NCBI GenBank assembly: GCA_029261635.1
Contig: JAJDAW010000029.1
Coordinates: 1 to 45,148, forward strand
Length of the DNA: 45,148 nucleotides
From: Nitrospinaceae bacterium
GTDB lineage: Bacteria > Nitrospinota > Nitrospinia > Nitrospinales > VA-1
Direction: 5' to 3'
In this document: in pieces, positions 42,030 through 45,148 of the stretch
Numbering within the stretch: the first letter of the stretch is position 1
Layout of the letters: every line of letters starts with the position of its first letter
Notes under the pieces: model-generated
Told to the model about the DNA's origin: nothing
Databases searched by the model: none
Seen by the model: only the letters and a program-made list of their open reading frames with translations
Made by a program: the position numbers and the translations under genes

Positions 42030-43298
42030 ATGCAGGTCTTGGTTATTGGTGGTGGCGGACGCGAACATGCACTGGTCTGGAAGATAAAACAGAGCCTAAA
42101 GGTCGAAAAAATCTTCTGTGCGCCGGGAAATTCGGGAACAGCAGAACTTGCTGAGAACATCCCCATCGCGGCAGATGATATTAATGGCCTTTTGGAATTT
42201 GCATTACAAAAGAAAATTGGACTGACAGTGGTGGGTCCTGAACAACCCTTAGTAAAAGGAATCGTTGATCGATTCGAAGAAGCAGGATTGCGCATTTTTG
42301 GTCCCAATGCGCGTGCCGCTGAACTGGAAGGCAGTAAATCTTTTTCAAAAGACATTATGAAAAAGTATGGGCTCCCAACCGCTGAGTATAAAACCTTCAA
42401 CTCTGCAGATAGCGCATCAAAATATATCGAAAGTAAAAATTGCCCCTTGGTTGTAAAAGCAGATGGCCTTGCAGCAGGCAAAGGAGTGTTGTTGTGCCAA
42501 ACTGTAGATGAAGCTCTGGCTGCTGTTGATTCGATAATGGGAAAGAGATCATTTGGTGAGGCGGGAGACCAAATTGTCGTCGAAGAATTTCTTGAAGGAG
42601 AAGAAGTTTCTGTTTTGGCTTTTAGTGATGGGCAGACGGTTTTACTGATGGATTCAGCACAGGACCATAAAGCCGCATATGATGGTGATAAAGGTCCTAA
42701 TACAGGCGGTATGGGGGCTTATTCTCCGGCACCGATTTTTACTGAGACAATGCGGCAAAAGGTTCGCGACAAGATTATGTTGCCTATGATTCGGGCCATG
42801 CAACAGGAAGGTCGACCCTATAAAGGAGTTCTTTATGCTGGTTTGATGTTGACTAAAACGGGTCCGCAGATTCTTGAGTTCAACGCTCGTTTTGGTGATC
42901 CTGAAACTCAACCCCTTCTTGTACGAATGGATAGCGATATCATCCCAATATTTGAAGCATGTATCGATGGAACGTTGGATGAATGTCCACTGCAATGGAA
43001 AAACGAATCGTCTGTTTGCGTGGTGATGGCTGCAAAAGGCTATCCGGACTCTTATGAAAAAGGAAAGCCCATATCAGGATTGAAAGATGCCAACTCTCTT
43101 CCCGGTGTTGTTGTATTTCATGCGGGCACTAAAGAACAAGACGGAAAGGTGTTAACTCAGGGAGGGAGAGTTTTAGGTGTCACTGCTGTCGGAGAAGATA
43201 CTGCCACTGCCATCTCCCGTGCCTATGAAGCGGTAGAAAAAATTGAGTGGGATGGTATCCACTATAGAAAAGACATCGGTCATCGAGCCAGTAGCTAA
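42030..43298 (+). CDS. purD: Phosphoribosylamine-glycine ligase
   Basis: MQVLVIGGGGREHALVWKI..., GPEQPLV.GIVD.F, VVKADGLAAGKGV, EFNARFGDPETQ, canonical PurD. Confidence 0.95.
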   Translation: MQVLVIGGGGREHALVWKIKQSLKVEKIFCAPGNSGTAELAENIPIAADDINGLLEFALQKKIGLTVVGPEQPLVKGIVDRFEEAGLRIFGPNARAAELEGSKSFSKDIMKKYGLPTAEYKTFNSADSASKYIESKNCPLVVKADGLAAGKGVLLCQTVDEALAAVDSIMGKRSFGEAGDQIVVEEFLEGEEVSVLAFSDGQTVLLMDSAQDHKAAYDGDKGPNTGGMGAYSPAPIFTETMRQKVRDKIMLPMIRAMQQEGRPYKGVLYAGLMLTKTGPQILEFNARFGDPETQPLLVRMDSDIIPIFEACIDGTLDECPLQWKNESSVCVVMAAKGYPDSYEKGKPISGLKDANSLPGVVVFHAGTKEQDGKVLTQGGRVLGVTAVGEDTATAISRAYEAVEKIEWDGIHYRKDIGHRASS

Positions 43299-43374
43299 TT
43301 ATTTTTATTTTAACGGGAAACCCCGGCTTACCGATTTTCAAAGAAAACCGGTAAAACTCCCAAGCCCGGAAATT

Positions 43375-43677
43375 TTAACCGGGATTTCCCTTCTTTTTCT
43401 TTGCCAGATACAATTTCTTTTGGCATTCATGTGAACAATATTTTGAATTGGGATGTCGGGGGTGGAATTCTCTCTTACATACCACACAAACTTTATCGTA
43501 GAACTTTGTGTTCTTATTCTCTTCAACAGCGGGTTCTTTAAACCTCTTTATTAGAGAACGAATTTTTTTAGTTGAAGGTTGATTAAAAAATTCTTTGCTC
43601 TCTTTAGTTACCTGGCCTTCCCGCAATATTTTTTTAAGTTTTCCATTTTTATCATAAACCTTACATTCATAAGCCAT
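43375..43677 (-). CDS. Hypothetical small basic protein with a zinc-ribbon motif
   Basis: CVVCKREF...CSHEC. Confidence 0.45.
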   Translation of the reverse strand: MAYECKVYDKNGKLKKILREGQVTKESKEFFNQPSTKKIRSLIKRFKEPAVEENKNTKFYDKVCVVCKREFHPRHPNSKYCSHECQKKLYLAKKKKGNPG

Positions 43678-43713
43678 AATATGGCCGCCATTTCTAAGGC
43701 TATATAAAACCTC

Positions 43714-44223
43714 TTATTTTTTTATTAATCGAAAAATATTCCATCCGGAATATTGGTCTGTTTTTGCGTGCCTCTCATTTTTGTAAGTAAATACCTTAAT
43801 CAGACAACCAGAGTTGTTTTTCTCTTTTTTAAAATCCATTTGGACTAGATGAGGGCGTATTTTTAAGACAGTTCCATTTTGGTTGTTAACAGGTTTTAGT
43901 TTAATTTTTACGTATTGTTTTTTAGAAATATGAGTAGATTCTCTAATTCCAATTTTGTGTGTTTCATCGCTTTTAGAGGTATATGTTACCTCGCGATTAT
44001 TAATTGAAAGGAACCTTAAGTCTGTGGTCTCAGGGTTATCGGCGGCCCATTTTCCTGATACTGTTTTCGGGCAACCCGATTGAAGCCAATCTTCATCGTT
44101 CCAACCAAGAGAATAGCCAGGAGAAATGAATAAGGACAAAAGACCCGCAAGTGTAAAAACAGGAGTAATGAGTAGACCTAATATATGATTTCTATATTTA
44201 ACAAAGTATTTTGGATTAGACAT
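43714..44223 (-). CDS. Hypothetical membrane-anchored protein
   Basis: Single N-terminal hydrophobic segment. No family recognised. Confidence 0.45.
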   Translation of the reverse strand: MSNPKYFVKYRNHILGLLITPVFTLAGLLSLFISPGYSLGWNDEDWLQSGCPKTVSGKWAADNPETTDLRFLSINNREVTYTSKSDETHKIGIRESTHISKKQYVKIKLKPVNNQNGTVLKIRPHLVQMDFKKEKNNSGCLIKVFTYKNERHAKTDQYSGWNIFRLIKK

Positions 44224-44238
44224 TTTATATTGATGAGT

Positions 44239-44787
44239 CTAAACAGAAGACTTTTTTGAAAAGTTAATTATGTGATCTGATAAAAGATTTGAAAAAACAT
44301 CCAGATCATAGGGCCAGGCATACTGAAAGCTCATATTCGGATACTTAAGGCGTAGCGCCTCTACTTCCTCGGGTATTTCTCTCTCGGAATGCGATCCACC
44401 CGGAGTAATCATTGTGGTTATCAGTATGACTTCCGTAACATTCTCTTCTGCCAATTGGTCAGCCGCTTGTTCTATCGACGGAAAACAAAACTCATTGTAG
44501 GCCGTTTTCAAAATATAACCGTCTAGCCGAGGAGCAAGGTGAGAAGCGAGATTTTCTAATCCAGTTTTATAGGGATCTGATTCAGGCGTTCTTTCCCAAT
44601 TTCTAATGGTAGCTTCCAGCTCTTTTTCTTTTGAGGTTATGGAGGTGCCCATTCGTATTCTTTGCTTATGAATTTTCATAAAATCTTCAACGACTTCTTT
44701 GGGTATATCGCTGGGCAATCCACCATGTCCAATGAGTATTACTGCTTGCTTGGGAGTTTCCATTTTTTTATCCATTTCTAGGTTCAA
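44239..44787 (-). CDS. CbiX/SirB-like sirohydrochlorin chelatase (small form)
   Basis: AVILIGHGGLP... N-terminal motif and size fit CbiX(S). Confidence 0.6.
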   Translation of the reverse strand: MNLEMDKKMETPKQAVILIGHGGLPSDIPKEVVEDFMKIHKQRIRMGTSITSKEKELEATIRNWERTPESDPYKTGLENLASHLAPRLDGYILKTAYNEFCFPSIEQAADQLAEENVTEVILITTMITPGGSHSEREIPEEVEALRLKYPNMSFQYAWPYDLDVFSNLLSDHIINFSKKSSV

Positions 44788-44811
44788 AACCTTTATTCGA
44801 AAAATATTAAT

Positions 44812-45148
44812 TTAAACTGCAGTTGATAATTGTTTTTCAAAATTTTCCAACCAATGGTTGAAGTTATTGAAGTCTTCTATCTTTGTGATTCCGGGCAAAT
44901 TATCTGGAGTACCTTTCCCTCCTGAAATCAGAGTCACATTTTTGTTCAACTCGTTTTTTATCTTTAGAAGACAATCTTCTGTATCTAATAATTTTTTTCC
45001 GCAGGAAACGCTGAGGCAAAGAAGTTTGGGTTCAAAATTATTAGCCGTTGAAATAATATCTTCCAATGGAGTATTAAGACCTAGGTAGAAGATCTTCGCT
45101 CCAGAAAGTCTTGCCACAACAGCAGACATAAGCAGCCCCTGGTTATGA
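44812..45148 (-). CDS. B12-binding-domain protein, C-terminal part (5' end outside window)
   Basis: The frame is open to the window edge (HNQGLLMSAVVARLSG...). H-x-x-G, then LCLSVS and ISGGKG, fit the DxHxxG...SxL...GG cobalamin-binding signature. Confidence 0.65.
   Translation of the reverse strand, partial: HNQGLLMSAVVARLSGAKIFYLGLNTPLEDIISTANNFEPKLLCLSVSCGKKLLDTEDCLLKIKNELNKNVTLISGGKGTPDNLPGITKIEDFNNFNHWLENFEKQLSTAV

Noticed and set aside
41940-42481. Long N-terminal extension of the ABC ATPase (start at 42068) and the 167-aa antisense ORF 41978..42481
   Set aside because: Both overlap the well-supported purD gene. The ATPase homology begins at MLKLESISKSF (ATG at 41939).
43329-43353. 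10-bp hairpin taccgatttt-caaag-aaaaccggta after purD
   Set aside because: There is no U-tract on either strand. It may be a structural element between convergent genes, but it is not supportable as an intrinsic terminator.

Overview
All family assignments below come from reading the sequence and from memory of motifs. No database search was run.

This is a low-GC Gram-negative chromosome segment. It may come from a Nitrospina/Nitrospinota-like marine nitrite oxidiser. That guess rests only on an NxrC/EbdC-like gene end, the gene content and the composition.

Layout:
- (i) 1-11 kb, core: the end of an EB_dh-type heme-b subunit gene, a rhodanese gene, and a flagellar rod/ring/hook-junction cluster in the order flgF-flgG-flgA-flgH-[two Ig-like lipoproteins]-flgI-flgJ(rod-binding only)-flgN-like-flgK-flgL. 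Two good sigma54-type promoters precede parts of this cluster.
- (ii) 11-14.2 kb: a receiver-domain-rich signalling cluster.
- (iii) 14.2-32 kb: an accretion zone at the tmRNA gene (ssrA, minus strand, 31645-32003).
  - It starts with an unlisted small histone-H1-like ORF, a decayed recombinase remnant and a TSUP permease.
  - A ~15.4 kb island follows, bounded by ~79-bp direct repeats of the ssrA 3' end plus terminator (16231-16309 and 31579-31658).
  - The island carries a P4/CP4-57-type integrase, AlpA, a second intact tyrosine recombinase with an HTH/Zn-ribbon partner, and an overlapping two-gene operon of unknown function.
- (iv) 32-45 kb, core: GT4 glycosyltransferase, TMTC-like GT-C/TPR protein, radical SAM, DUF547, MauE-like protein, an ABC importer, purD, CbiX and a B12-binding-domain gene end.

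Best candidate for something new: the main island cargo, a chaperone-usher-like fibre locus built from DUF4402/SCPU-like subunits.
- It has seven subunit genes. Five of them are tandem mosaic paralogues separated by a covarying stem-loop.
- It also has a PapD-like chaperone and a 1129-aa usher-like protein ending in a ShlB-type POTRA domain. That gene carries an A7 frameshift site and a ~500-bp tandem duplication scar.

Secondary candidates: the unknown two-gene island operon (18586-20555) and the two Ig-like lipoproteins inserted between flgH and flgI.
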